From contig JBBSXO010000003.1 in NCBI GenBank assembly GCA_038045705.1, forward strand, positions 9,237 through 73,236: a DNA stretch of 64,000 nucleotides. The letters run 5' to 3'. The position numbers and the translations under genes are program-made. Each line of letters begins with the position of its first letter. Positions within the stretch are counted from its first letter, which is position 1. This DNA is from Nanobdellota archaeon (GTDB lineage: Archaea; Nanobdellota; Nanobdellia; Pacearchaeales; GW2011-AR1). The notes under the pieces were generated by a model. The model had not been told where the DNA came from. It saw nothing but the letters and a program-made list of their open reading frames with translations, and searched no databases. Of the stretch, positions 46,185 to 56,806 are shown one piece after another.

Positions 46185-46682
46185 ATGTCAAAAAAGAAGG
46201 TTGATCATACAGTGATCAAAACAGTAGTCAAACATCATCATACTCAAACTAGACCTCGTAATGCTCATATTAAACGCCATCATCCTCAAGTAAGTCATAA
46301 CCACATTTCTAAAGAAACTTTAGAAGAACAAACAATACACAGCTTAGTAGAACTACAAAAAGTCCATGTAAACTTATCTGAAAAATTTGAGAAGCTTACA
46401 ACACAAATAGAAAATCTTCTAGCTCTTTTTGAACTAGCTGCAAGAAATTTTGTAAAACAACCAAATATGCAAAACACAGAAAAAGATAAAGAATTCTTGG
46501 ATAAAATAGATAAACTTTTAGACCAAAATAAACTCCTAGCTAAAGGACTTTCACTAATGGAAGAAAAGATGAGAGAAAGAGTTTACGGTGTAAATCAAAC
46601 AAATCAAGGAATAAGACCACCATTCAGACCACAAAATCAACAAATGCAACCCAGTCAAACATCAGAATTAGAAGAGATATGA
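46185..46682 (+). CDS. His-rich N-terminus / coiled-coil hypothetical protein
   Basis: KHHHTQTRPRNAHIKRHHPQVSHNH, then heptad repeats. Confidence 0.4.
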   Translation: MSKKKVDHTVIKTVVKHHHTQTRPRNAHIKRHHPQVSHNHISKETLEEQTIHSLVELQKVHVNLSEKFEKLTTQIENLLALFELAARNFVKQPNMQNTEKDKEFLDKIDKLLDQNKLLAKGLSLMEEKMRERVYGVNQTNQGIRPPFRPQNQQMQPSQTSELEEI

Positions 46683-47242
46683 TGAACAGAGATATAGCAG
46701 AGTTATTCTTAATCAATTTTACCAAAAGCCTAATAGAAATTAAAGCACCTCTAATTACTCAATTAAAAAGTCAAGAGATAAATGATAGTTCTATGCAAAT
46801 GTCCATTCTAAAATCTGAAAATATCCCAAAAATAGAAAAAAACGAGATTAGCAAATTTAACATATTACCATTTAGTAAAGTCCAGCAAATTGATATTCCA
46901 AAAAATCAAAAACATAACATACAATATCAAAGCCAGAGTAAAATTTCAGCAACAGATAAACTAAATAGTTTGATAAAAGATCATTATGTTAATGAAATAG
47001 AATGTGTGGGTGTGAATAGCCCATTAATAGTAAAAAAATCAGGGCTGACTCAAAACACCCAAATAAATTTATCAATAGATGAGATATATGAGATAATAGC
47101 AGAATTCTCACAAAAAACAAGAATACCTGTCATAAATGGAAGAATAAAAGCAGCATTAAATGATTTAATAATAACTGCTGTCCTTTCAGAAACTTTAGGT
47201 CCAAGGTTTATAATACAAAAAATGAAAGGAATAATTATTTAA
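46679..47242 (+). CDS. Hypothetical protein
   Basis: 187 aa. 4-nt overlap with the upstream gene. Confidence 0.35.
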   Translation: MMNRDIAELFLINFTKSLIEIKAPLITQLKSQEINDSSMQMSILKSENIPKIEKNEISKFNILPFSKVQQIDIPKNQKHNIQYQSQSKISATDKLNSLIKDHYVNEIECVGVNSPLIVKKSGLTQNTQINLSIDEIYEIIAEFSQKTRIPVINGRIKAALNDLIITAVLSETLGPRFIIQKMKGIII

Positions 47243-47365
47243 AATACCATTCTTCTAACTGTAAAAAATTAAATCACAAAACTCTGATGAGTTTGCTAGT
47301 GTTTTGGGAGTACAGTTGATAATCTCCAACATAATAACTTAACTCCAATCTAAAGATTGGAGATT

Positions 47366-49948
47366 TCAACTAGTATTCAAATTTTTCAACTTGTAAACCA
47401 AACTCTCATAATGTGGTGCAAGACGTTCTTTATCTTTAAGAATAAGTCTTTTATATTCTTCAACAATAACAGGCATTCTTGATCTTGCCAATTTTGGAGA
47501 TTTTTTAACATCAATCAAAGCATGATGAATCATCTTTTCAACTCTTGAATAATTACTAAATATATTCATTGAGTGATTTGATTTAATCTTAGGAAGTGAG
47601 TCCTTATCATAAAATACTAAATTAATTTTATCATGTCCAATTTTCTCTTTTAATAATCTAAGATAGTTAAGAATATCTTGTTTAACATTTAAGTCATTAG
47701 GATAAATAGTAGCTAATTTATTATAATTTTCAATTGCACCAGCATAGTCTTTTTTATTTAATGCCTTCCTACCAAAGTAGATCAGTCTTTCATGATAAGG
47801 TGATAAAAAATCACCAAAGAGTAAAAATGAAACCAGCATCACAAAAAGAATTATCCATAAAACCCAAGGTATAGAATCAGTCCCATTAACAATTTCTTCA
47901 GCTTGCTGTGAAGACATCCCAGTAATATAAGATCCTCCAACCTCACCATAAAGCAAATTTTCTATAAAAAGAGATATTTTTTCTTCCAAATCATCATAAT
48001 CTGGAGAACTTAAGAAATTCAAGGTTAAATGTCCATTCAACTTATAAACTACAGTCGCAACATAATTTCTTCTAGAACTATCCAAACTATTCTGGAAATG
48101 AATTGAAATAGGGCCATTTACATTAGATCTTGTCGGCAATTCAGGATCAACATTAATTACGTTAGGCCTACCACCACTTAGACCGTTAGGTCTTACGTAA
48201 ACATCTGATTGACCTATATAACATAAATTCCCTGTTACGGCATTATAACCAAACCCTCCAAAGCTAGCAGGAGATAAACTCAAAGCAACAACATAACTGG
48301 GAGTTAAACAGGTATTAGAAAGTTGCAAACATAAAGGATCTCCCATACAACCAGTACCTCCAGACTGACCACCAGTCAAAATTCCTCCTGTACTGCCAAC
48401 ATTACTTCCAACACTCCCTCCACTTCCCCCACTTCCCCCACCACTTGTAGAAGAACCTTGAGTAATTGAGCCACCATTACCATCTCCATTGTTTAGACAA
48501 TTTTCAAGATATTCTTCACAATTAGAACTGACTGCACAATCATAAATATAACGTGGACAATAAAGTGGTTGATTGGAACAAGAGGATATATCATCTAAAC
48601 ACTGATTTAATAAATTAGAATTTGGAGTGACATATAGATCAATAAAGCTTTGAAGTCGATCAGGAGAAATATAATTAGGAGCACAAAGAGCCAAAAACTC
48701 ATCACAGTTTTGATTAATAGCACACTCATAGATTTGAGAATACTCCCCACAAGTATTTGGAATAGAAGATGAACAGGATGAAATTAAATTCCGACACTGA
48801 GAATTTAATAAATTAACAGGATATCTATTTAAAAAAGCTTGAAGTTGTGCTGAGGTTATCACCCCAGTCTGACCTTGACCAGCTCCACCATTAGAAATAA
48901 CTTCTACTACCAAAGCGAAACTGCCTGTACTTCCTTCATCACATATCACTCGGTAATTTATAATATAAATCCCAACTTCATTACCAGATGTAACTGTCAA
49001 AACATAAACTCCAGACTGTCCAGATGCTAAAGAGTTAGATCCCACAGGAGAACTAAAACCTTGCCAACTTAACCAAGAAGCATAACTGCCAGCAGAAGAT
49101 ATCATACAATTATTAACTTGACCTAAACCATTATTAGTAGCAACCACTTGAAAAGATCTAGGTGCTCCACGTATTACCTCAATCCTCCCATGAGTTTCTA
49201 AATTCAAATTAAATTGTTCTTGATAAATTCCAGATATTGAAGTTCGAGAAGAATCTCCTAAACCTAAAGGGATCAAATTGGAAGAATATGACTGTAATAA
49301 ATTTATAGAAGATTCTATTTCTTCTTCATGATCAATAATCCATAAAGCTTGTTCTGTTTGTTCTTCAAAACGTTCAGTTACAGTTTTAGTAAGAATATAA
49401 TTTATGTCTCTTAATTGTTTTTCTATATAAGAAATATCCTTAACAATTGATTCTTGAGATTCACTAAGTATTGAAGAAGAATACTTGTCAAAAAAGACCG
49501 AAGATTTTCCATAAATCTCAAGAGCATTATTTTTTGCTAATTCTAAGTTATTTTTATACCTCAATAAATCAGATTCTGTAACTGAATTACTATTAATTAT
49601 ATTGTTTACTGTTGATGCATATTCTGAAATCTGAGAAACTTGACTAACAGCGTTATTTATCTGGCTAACCACTTCTTCTGGAGGAGTAACCGTAGAACCA
49701 TATGAGTTTACTACACAATTCGAACATGGTATAACAGGATTGATAAACTCCCCTCCTCCATCACCACCTTCAGGTTCTTCACCACCATCACCACCACCAC
49801 CAGATTCCTCATCATGACTAAATCCAGTTATACTTGAATAATACCAATCACCATAAAAAACAGAGAATACTGTAAGAATTAAAGCAATTGTTAAAAAAGA
49901 AATTGCATGCATATTAAAAAAATTACCATCACCTTTTTTACCAAACAT
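47366..49948 (-). CDS. Large membrane protein: N-terminal TM, duplicated Cys-rich modules, Gly/Ser-rich linker, C-terminal TM and TPR-like tail
   Basis: Duplicated QCRNLISSCSS...CGEYSQIYECAINQNCDEFLALC and QCLDDISSCSN...CPRYIYDCAVSSNCEEYLENC modules. GGGGDGGEEPEGGDGGGE. TM WVLWIILFVMLVSFLLF. Confidence 0.6.
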   Translation of the reverse strand: MFGKKGDGNFFNMHAISFLTIALILTVFSVFYGDWYYSSITGFSHDEESGGGGDGGEEPEGGDGGGEFINPVIPCSNCVVNSYGSTVTPPEEVVSQINNAVSQVSQISEYASTVNNIINSNSVTESDLLRYKNNLELAKNNALEIYGKSSVFFDKYSSSILSESQESIVKDISYIEKQLRDINYILTKTVTERFEEQTEQALWIIDHEEEIESSINLLQSYSSNLIPLGLGDSSRTSISGIYQEQFNLNLETHGRIEVIRGAPRSFQVVATNNGLGQVNNCMISSAGSYASWLSWQGFSSPVGSNSLASGQSGVYVLTVTSGNEVGIYIINYRVICDEGSTGSFALVVEVISNGGAGQGQTGVITSAQLQAFLNRYPVNLLNSQCRNLISSCSSSIPNTCGEYSQIYECAINQNCDEFLALCAPNYISPDRLQSFIDLYVTPNSNLLNQCLDDISSCSNQPLYCPRYIYDCAVSSNCEEYLENCLNNGDGNGGSITQGSSTSGGGSGGSGGSVGSNVGSTGGILTGGQSGGTGCMGDPLCLQLSNTCLTPSYVVALSLSPASFGGFGYNAVTGNLCYIGQSDVYVRPNGLSGGRPNVINVDPELPTRSNVNGPISIHFQNSLDSSRRNYVATVVYKLNGHLTLNFLSSPDYDDLEEKISLFIENLLYGEVGGSYITGMSSQQAEEIVNGTDSIPWVLWIILFVMLVSFLLFGDFLSPYHERLIYFGRKALNKKDYAGAIENYNKLATIYPNDLNVKQDILNYLRLLKEKIGHDKINLVFYDKDSLPKIKSNHSMNIFSNYSRVEKMIHHALIDVKKSPKLARSRMPVIVEEYKRLILKDKERLAPHYESLVYKLKNLNTS

Positions 49949-50023
49949 AAAAAAACATATGAAAAATACTTATTAAATCTATTCCTGCCTAAGTTTAAAT
50001 AAAGATTTTGACAGTAAAAGGCA

Positions 50024-50710
50024 ATGAAGAAAACTATAGTTCTAAGCTTAGGTGGGAGCCTAATAGTACCAGAAAAAATAGACCCAATATGGTTAGATAA
50101 ATTTAGGTCACTGATCATAAAGTCAAGAGATAAATACAAATTTATAATTGTCTGCGGCGGCGGATTTGTAGCAAGAGAATATATCACAATTCTTGAGAAA
50201 GAGCATAAAAGCAAAAAGCAACAGTCTCTAGCAGGAATAGCCGTTACAAGAATGAATGCAAGAATAATGATGCAACTTTTTGGAGATTGTGCTAACAAAG
50301 AGCTACCATTAAAGATGAATCAAATAAAGAATCTTTTAGTAAAAAATGATATAATTTTTTGTGGAGCCTTAAGATACGCACCAAATCAAACATCTGATAG
50401 TACTGCTGCAAAACTAGCAAATTACTTAAAAACAGAGTTCATAAACATAACAAATGTTTCAGGACTATATGATAAAAACCCTATGAAATATAAAAATGCA
50501 AAATTCATAGCTAATATCTCTTGGAAAGATTTTGAGAAAAGAGCAATATCAATGAAATACAAACCAGGACAGCATTTTGTTCTTGACCAGAAAGCTGCAA
50601 AAGTAATAAAAAAGAATAAAATAACAACATACATAATAGGAAAAGACATTGAAAATCTTGAAAATCTTCTAAAAGATAAAAGATTTATGGGAACCACAAT
50701 AACAGGTTAA
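50024..50710 (+). CDS. pyrH: UMP kinase (archaeal type)
   Basis: LSLGGSLIVPEK, IIVCGGGFVAREYI. ~228 aa, collinear with archaeal UMPK. Confidence 0.8.
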   Translation: MKKTIVLSLGGSLIVPEKIDPIWLDKFRSLIIKSRDKYKFIIVCGGGFVAREYITILEKEHKSKKQQSLAGIAVTRMNARIMMQLFGDCANKELPLKMNQIKNLLVKNDIIFCGALRYAPNQTSDSTAAKLANYLKTEFINITNVSGLYDKNPMKYKNAKFIANISWKDFEKRAISMKYKPGQHFVLDQKAAKVIKKNKITTYIIGKDIENLENLLKDKRFMGTTITG

Positions 50711-50712
50711 AA

Positions 50713-51141
50713 ATGATAAATAATGAAAATATAGAAGAAGTAAAAAGACTATTAAAAAATAAAAAGGAAAATATAATAGTTGCGAAAGAAGATGAGTTTA
50801 ATAGAAAAATCTTAGAACATGGAAATTTTAAAATTATTTTATCAATAGAAAAGGGAAACAGAAAAAACAATATAAGACAAACAAATAGTGGACTAAATCA
50901 TATCTTAGCAAAAATAGCCAGCAAAAATAAAATAGCAATGGGTATAGATCTTAATGAAATAAAATATCTAGAACCAAAACAAAAAGCAGAAAGGTTGTCT
51001 AAAATAATTCAAAATATAAAAATATGCAGGAAATCCAATACAAAAATAGCGATTAAAACACAAAGTTTAGAAAAAGCAAGAGACTTAGTCATAGGCTTAG
51101 GAGCATCAACATCGCAGTCTAAAGAAGCAATAGTTTTTTAA
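50713..51141 (+). CDS. Hypothetical protein (weak resemblance to the C-terminal half of RNase P Rpp30)
   Basis: GLNHILAKIASKNKIAMGIDLNEI. 142 aa. Confidence 0.25.
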   Translation: MINNENIEEVKRLLKNKKENIIVAKEDEFNRKILEHGNFKIILSIEKGNRKNNIRQTNSGLNHILAKIASKNKIAMGIDLNEIKYLEPKQKAERLSKIIQNIKICRKSNTKIAIKTQSLEKARDLVIGLGASTSQSKEAIVF

Positions 51142-51163
51142 GACTATTATATAATAAAAACAT

Positions 51164-52663
51164 ATGAACAAATTAATAGATTCCTTATCTCAAATTGAAA
51201 GGACAATAATTCCTTATTTAAATAACCCTTTAGATGAAATAGTTAAAAAATCAGGTTTAGACAAAACAACTGTTTTAAGAGCATTAGGCTTTCTGGAAAG
51301 TAAAGGGTTCTTAAAGATAGAACGAAAGAGCAAGAAAATTGTAGACTTAGCAGTTAATGGAATCCATTATAAAAAGAACCATCTTCCTGAAAGAAAGTTG
51401 ATTATTCAAATAGAAGAAAATAACAATAAAGACTTAAATGAAATAAAAAGTCTATCAAAATTATCTGAAAATGAATTTAGAGCTGCTCTAGGAAATTTAA
51501 AGAAAAAAGCATTAATATCTCTCGAAAATGGAAAGTTAAAGATATCAGCATCTAAAGAAGAATGCTCAAGAAGATTTCAAGAAGAAATATTTTTAGAGAA
51601 ATTACCGATCAATTTAGAAAATATTTCAGAACAGGATAAATCTGCATTAGAATCCTTAAAAAATAGAAAAAACATAATAGAAATTATAGAAAAAAAAGAT
51701 ATATCTTTTAGTCTAACTGAATCTGGAAAAGAAATAGCAGGCAAAAAGATAAGTCTTGACTTAATAGAAGAAGTAACTCCAGAATTAATAAAAACAGGAG
51801 TTGGAAATAAAAAATTTAGACGTTATGATTTTAATATAAAGATGCCATCTATATATGGCGGTAAAAAACATTTTGTCAATCAATCTATAGAGCAAGGAAA
51901 AAAAATATGGTTAGAGTTAGGTTTCAAAGAAATGAATGGAGATTATACTATAAATGGTTTTTGGAATTTTGATGCTTTATTTACTCCACAAGACCATCCA
52001 GTAAGAGAGATGCAAGATACATTTTTTATTAAAGGAGTTGAAGGAAAACTTCCAAACGAGAAGCTAGTATCTTCAGTTAAAAAAGCTCATGAAGAAGGCA
52101 TAGATAACAGCAAGGGATGGAACTATAAATGGAATGAAAATGAAAGCAAAAAAGTTATGTTAAGGACACACACAACATGTTTATCTTCTAAAAAGTTATC
52201 AAATTTAAAAAAAGAGAATCTTCCAATAAAATTCTTCTCAGTAAATAAAGTTTTCAGAAACGAAACACTAGATTGGAAACATGGGTTTGAATTCAATCAG
52301 GCAGAAGGAATAGTTATTGATCAAAACGCTAATTTCAGAAATTTAATAGGTTATCTAAAAGAATTTGCAAAAAAGATGGGTTATGAAAAGATTAGAATTC
52401 AACCAAGTTATTTCCCCTATACAGAACCAAGTTTAGAAGGATCAATATGGAATAATGAAAGAAAAGAATGGGTAGAAGTTTTAGCTGCGGGAATATTCAG
52501 ACCAGAAGTAACTGTTCCTCTTTTAGGCACGGCAATACCAGTACTAGCATGGGGCCCGGGTTTTGACAGATTAATGACTGAAGCTCATAAAATAAAAGAT
52601 CTAAGGGAGTTATATAAAAACGATATAAATTATCTTAGAAACCATAACATCTTAATAAAATGA
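51164..52663 (+). CDS. pheS: Phenylalanyl-tRNA synthetase alpha subunit (archaeal)
   Basis: HPVREMQDTFFI, FRNETLDWKHGFEF class-II motifs. N-terminal wHTH repeats. Confidence 0.9.
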   Translation: MNKLIDSLSQIERTIIPYLNNPLDEIVKKSGLDKTTVLRALGFLESKGFLKIERKSKKIVDLAVNGIHYKKNHLPERKLIIQIEENNNKDLNEIKSLSKLSENEFRAALGNLKKKALISLENGKLKISASKEECSRRFQEEIFLEKLPINLENISEQDKSALESLKNRKNIIEIIEKKDISFSLTESGKEIAGKKISLDLIEEVTPELIKTGVGNKKFRRYDFNIKMPSIYGGKKHFVNQSIEQGKKIWLELGFKEMNGDYTINGFWNFDALFTPQDHPVREMQDTFFIKGVEGKLPNEKLVSSVKKAHEEGIDNSKGWNYKWNENESKKVMLRTHTTCLSSKKLSNLKKENLPIKFFSVNKVFRNETLDWKHGFEFNQAEGIVIDQNANFRNLIGYLKEFAKKMGYEKIRIQPSYFPYTEPSLEGSIWNNERKEWVEVLAAGIFRPEVTVPLLGTAIPVLAWGPGFDRLMTEAHKIKDLRELYKNDINYLRNHNILIK

Positions 52664-54288
52664 CAAATATAATATTTTCAAGAAAAGAGTTTGAAAAACA
52701 CATAAAGATTACTCCAGAAATACAAGAAAAAATAACTATGTTTGGAACACCACTTGAGAATATAAATGAAGAGGAGATAGAAATAGAAGTTTTGGCAAAC
52801 AGACCAGATTTAATATCTCTTGATGGTTTTATTAGGTCTTTTAAAAGATTTTTAGGTAAGGAGTTTGGAATAAAAGAATATCTTATAAAAAAACCAGAGA
52901 GTAATTTCAAAGTTTATGTAGATAAATCTACAAAGGAAATAAGACCTTACGTATCTTGTGCAATCATAAAGAAAATAAATTTCAACGAAGTTAAATTAAG
53001 AGATTTAATAAATTTGCAGGAAAAATTAGCTACAACATTAGGAAGAAATAGAAAAAAAGCAGGGATCGGTATATATCCATTAGATAAAATAAATTTTCCA
53101 TTAAAATATGAAGCTAGAGATCCAAAAGAAATAATTTTTAGACCTTTAGGGTATGATAAAGAAATTAATGCTAAAGATATTTTAATAATGCACCCAACAG
53201 GTAGAAAATATGAGCATCTCTTAAAAGAAAGTAAAAAATATCCTATATTTATAGATTCAAAAAAGAACATTATTTCAATGCCCCCTATAATAAACTCTGA
53301 AGATTCTGGCAAAATAGATGTAAAAACAAAAGATCTGTTTATAGAATGCACTGGATTTGATAAAAATATAGTTGAAAAAACATTAACAATAATAGCAACA
53401 TCTTTAGCTGAAGCAGGAGGAATTATCCATCAAGTAGAAATAATAGGTGAAGATAACGGCATCTTTCCAAAATTAGAAAAACAAAAAACAAAAATATCAA
53501 TAAATAATGTCAACAAACTATTAGGTATAAATTTAAACGAAAATCAGATGCAAAAACTAATTGAAAAAATGGGTCATAATTATAAAAAAGGCATAGTTGA
53601 AAGCCCTTCATGGAGAGTAGATATCTTACATGAAGTAGATATCATAGAAGATATAGCTATAGCTTATGGTTATGAAAATTTAGTTCCTGAAATGCCTAAT
53701 ATTTCAACGTCAGGAGAAGAATCTAAAGAAAGCATAGTAAAGAGAAAATTGTCTGAGATTTTATTAGGTCTAAACATGTTAGAAATATCAACATATCATC
53801 TAATAAAACCACAAGAAGTCGAAGATTATAACCTAAAAGAGTCACTTGAACTTTTAGATTCTAAGAATGAGTACAAATATCTTAGACCAAACCTTCTTGT
53901 TCCAATGTTGAGAATATTATCTGAAAATAAAGATTCAGAATATCCTCAAAAACTTTTTGAAATAGGCAGAATATTTAACAAAAACATCCAAAAAGAAAAT
54001 GGAATAGAAGAAAGGGATAATCTGATACTAAGCATAATTCCTGCCAATGCAACAGAAATAAAGAAACATATAGATTATCTATTTAAAATGTTAAATCTAG
54101 ATTACCAAATAAAAGAGTTAATAAAACCAGAGTTAATAGAAGGAAGAGCATGTTCTATCATATTAAACAATAATCACATAGGCTACTTTGGAGAGATCCA
54201 CCCAAACATACTAAGAAGTCAAGGAATCAACATGCCTTTAGCCGTAGCGGAGATATCTTTAGAAGAAATTTATGACTTAATTAATTAA
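52660..54288 (+). CDS. pheT: Phenylalanyl-tRNA synthetase beta subunit (archaeal)
   Basis: 542 aa. B3/B4 and B5 regions collinear with archaeal PheT. 4-nt overlap with pheS. Confidence 0.88.
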   Translation: MTNIIFSRKEFEKHIKITPEIQEKITMFGTPLENINEEEIEIEVLANRPDLISLDGFIRSFKRFLGKEFGIKEYLIKKPESNFKVYVDKSTKEIRPYVSCAIIKKINFNEVKLRDLINLQEKLATTLGRNRKKAGIGIYPLDKINFPLKYEARDPKEIIFRPLGYDKEINAKDILIMHPTGRKYEHLLKESKKYPIFIDSKKNIISMPPIINSEDSGKIDVKTKDLFIECTGFDKNIVEKTLTIIATSLAEAGGIIHQVEIIGEDNGIFPKLEKQKTKISINNVNKLLGINLNENQMQKLIEKMGHNYKKGIVESPSWRVDILHEVDIIEDIAIAYGYENLVPEMPNISTSGEESKESIVKRKLSEILLGLNMLEISTYHLIKPQEVEDYNLKESLELLDSKNEYKYLRPNLLVPMLRILSENKDSEYPQKLFEIGRIFNKNIQKENGIEERDNLILSIIPANATEIKKHIDYLFKMLNLDYQIKELIKPELIEGRACSIILNNNHIGYFGEIHPNILRSQGINMPLAVAEISLEEIYDLIN

Positions 54289-54823
54289 AATAATCCCTAC
54301 TTATTTTATTTGGACTAGGAGTTTTCCTCTTTAAATTTTTCTCAAGAATTTTTATAATAGAAAGAACCTCATCTTTCTTTTTATTCCAAACATCAAATAT
54401 CTTAGTTATTAATTTAGATTCATCATTTTCAGTAGAATGGACATCAAGCACATGAGATGCAATTTCTATTTCAACAAAAGAATTCAAAACAGAATCAATA
54501 ATCTTTCTATCATCAGAACTTATTTCTTTAAGCAACATAAGTAATATGGGCGAAGCCTGTGAAGGGTTAATCATTACTTCAACTAACTTTAAATAATAAA
54601 CAAATTTCTCAACCATGGTCCTTCTTATATCTCTAAGTAAATTACCCGAATCCCTTCTAATCCTGCCAATATCAAATGCGGAGTTCATTTCATCAAAAGC
54701 AGGAAGATCATACTTTTTCTGCAATAAAAGATATTTCTGTCTAAAGTCCTCAAGTTTCATAAAACCTATTAAAATAATCAATATAAAAATGCATCTACAC
54801 AAGAAAACTTTAAAACACAACAT
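54281..54823 (-). CDS. Hypothetical protein
   Basis: 180-aa ORF. The true start may be the internal MKLEDF. Confidence 0.35.
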   Translation of the reverse strand: MLCFKVFLCRCIFILIILIGFMKLEDFRQKYLLLQKKYDLPAFDEMNSAFDIGRIRRDSGNLLRDIRRTMVEKFVYYLKLVEVMINPSQASPILLMLLKEISSDDRKIIDSVLNSFVEIEIASHVLDVHSTENDESKLITKIFDVWNKKKDEVLSIIKILEKNLKRKTPSPNKISRDYFN

Positions 54824-54839
54824 TACAAAGTAAAATCAT

Positions 54840-54958
54840 GCCTCCGTAGCTCAGCCGGTAGAGTGCGTCCTTGGTATCTTGCTACTCCACAGCAAGAGAG
54901 TAGAAAGAAAAGATAAGACAAACAGGACGAGGTCCCGGGTTCAATCCCCGGCGGAGGC
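54840..54958 (+). tRNA. tRNA-Thr(GGU) with a 47-nt intron
   Basis: Acceptor gcctccg/cggaggc, D gctc/gagt, anticodon stem cgtcc/ggacg, loop ttGGTa|intron|a, T-arm ccggg-ttcaatc-cccgg. Confidence 0.75.
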
Positions 54959-54965
54959 TTATTTT

Positions 54966-54991
54966 AATCAATTCAACTAGTTGAATTGATT
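54966..54991. terminator. Perfect 26-nt palindrome AATCAATTCAACTAGTTGAATTGATT 8 nt after tRNA-Thr
   Basis: Its reverse complement is identical. Forms a 12-bp hairpin. Confidence 0.35.
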
Positions 54992-54992
54992 C

Positions 54993-55226
54993 TCACCGAG
55001 AAAATCCAGGAAAACGCATATGTCCTTCAGGTATAATTTTATAATGTTCTAATTTAACTATAATAGTTCTAATAAATAGCAATTCAAATAAAACTCCAAA
55101 TAATATCGCCGACCAGAATCCCATCTGAATTACAGTATCATTCTTTATTTGAACACCAGTAATCATCAATCCAATAGCTCCAAGCATCAGTCCCAACATG
55201 TTCATGGTGTCTAATATATCTCCCAT
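54993..55226 (-). CDS. Small membrane protein
   Basis: 77 aa, two TM helices. Confidence 0.35.
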   Translation of the reverse strand: MGDILDTMNMLGLMLGAIGLMITGVQIKNDTVIQMGFWSAILFGVLFELLFIRTIIVKLEHYKIIPEGHMRFPGFSR

Positions 55227-55377
55227 ATTTTTGAGACCTAAATGACATATAAAAATATACTTGTTGTAGAAAGGTAAATAAACTTCTAAATCCTACAAAT
55301 AATACATCACGAGACTAAACAGGTTCAAAGCCACTAGTGGGGTTCCTGAAAAGTTCAAAGCCAAATGGAGGCTTATT

Positions 55378-55641
55378 TTAATTAAATAGAGAATTAATTA
55401 CATAAGCAATTGCAACACCTGTTGAGGTAACAAACTGACCGAGCATAACCTTGTCCATATATCCGAAATGAAATCCTTGATAGTCTTGGTTTCTTGTCTG
55501 TTTTATAATCGGCCAAGCTCTTATCCCATAATTCCAGAGACCATATAATGGTATAAAGTCTTTAGGATCCTTTCCAACTTTATTCTCTAAAGTCTTCCAA
55601 TTTCTTGTTGTTTGGACCTGTAATCTTTCTTGATCTTCCAT
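55378..55641 (-). CDS. Hypothetical protein
   Basis: 87-aa ORF. Confidence 0.3.
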   Translation of the reverse strand: MEDQERLQVQTTRNWKTLENKVGKDPKDFIPLYGLWNYGIRAWPIIKQTRNQDYQGFHFGYMDKVMLGQFVTSTGVAIAYVINSLFN

Positions 55642-55774
55642 ACTTTTCTATCTAACTTGCTTTTTTAAATCTTTCTTAATAGTTCGATAAAATAACAAGG
55701 TAAATAAAATACCAACTCCTAAAGACATCAGGTCCATACTACATTTAAGAACTTAAATTTAGTCAATTATCCCT

Positions 55775-56242
55775 ATGGGAAATATCTTACATTTTGACAG
55801 ATTTCCAGAGTTAGAAGAATTAAAAATAAAAATAAAAATAGAAACAGAATTAGAAAAGAAATTTAATCCAATACAAGTTTATTCCACAAGATCTATCCCA
55901 GGAGACAAAAGCTGTACTTATTCATGGTGGTATCTTGATAAAGAAGTGGCAGATCTAACAGGTTTAGCCAATGTCAAAGAAAATCTTAGAATAACCTTAA
56001 ATCCATTATATAATACAAACCAATGGGACTTAGAACATACCTGTAGTCCTGATAGTACTAATCAGATAATGCAATATAGAAGAGATATAATTTTGAGAGA
56101 TAAAAGAACGGCACAAGATATGTATGTAACAATTGAAGAAAAATTAAGCAATTCATTAGGAAATCCAATAAAAAGAGCTGATGATGTCTTAATATGGTAT
56201 GTAAAAAGAATCAACCAGTTTCAGGAAGCCACTCATTCTTAA
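55775..56242 (+). CDS. Hypothetical protein
   Basis: 155-aa ORF. Confidence 0.35.
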   Translation: MGNILHFDRFPELEELKIKIKIETELEKKFNPIQVYSTRSIPGDKSCTYSWWYLDKEVADLTGLANVKENLRITLNPLYNTNQWDLEHTCSPDSTNQIMQYRRDIILRDKRTAQDMYVTIEEKLSNSLGNPIKRADDVLIWYVKRINQFQEATHS

Positions 56243-56416
56243 CAACATAACTCGCAATAGATAAAGTTTTCTCAAATAAGTTAGCTATCCAAGAAGAATA
56301 TTCAACAATAAAATGTTCTCTATTTTCAGATATACCTAGAGCAAGGTTCTGATTACTTACTATAAGCAAAGCACCTATTAAAAAAATCTTCATTAATATT
56401 AAAAATATTTTCATTT

Positions 56417-56719
56417 TTAAGATGAAATGTTAGTAACATTCCAATCAAGAGTCGCTTTTCCAGTAATAGAAGCAGTAGTTTTACCAAAATTCACAAGCCA
56501 AGAAGTATAAGCTTTAGCACCTGTAATGAATCCCTCAAAAGAATTAAGGTTTATCTGATTTGCATTAACAACTTTGAAGAAAGAGAACAGAACAAAAATA
56601 AGCAAAACCGCAATCAAATAAGTCCACCATCTTTCATATCTAAATGATGTAATCTTAAAAAATAGAAATACTGCAATAATTATCAACCCAATAAACACTA
56701 AATTCACCATTTTTATCAA
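56417..56719 (-). CDS. Small membrane protein
   Basis: 100 aa, two TM helices. Confidence 0.35.
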   Translation of the reverse strand: MIKMVNLVFIGLIIIAVFLFFKITSFRYERWWTYLIAVLLIFVLFSFFKVVNANQINLNSFEGFITGAKAYTSWLVNFGKTTASITGKATLDWNVTNISS

Positions 56720-56806
56720 AAAAGTAACATTTTGGTTGTATAAATATCTTACTAAATTAAAGGCAGGTAACAGAGGGGTTTTAGGGATCTCTCTGTTCCC
56801 CGCCTA

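Noticed and set aside
49891-50298. Minus-strand 135-aa ORF overlapping the pyrH start
   Set aside because: It is antisense to the confidently identified UMP kinase N-terminus, has a low-complexity hydrophobic translation, and extends from the neighbouring gene's upstream region. Likely spurious.
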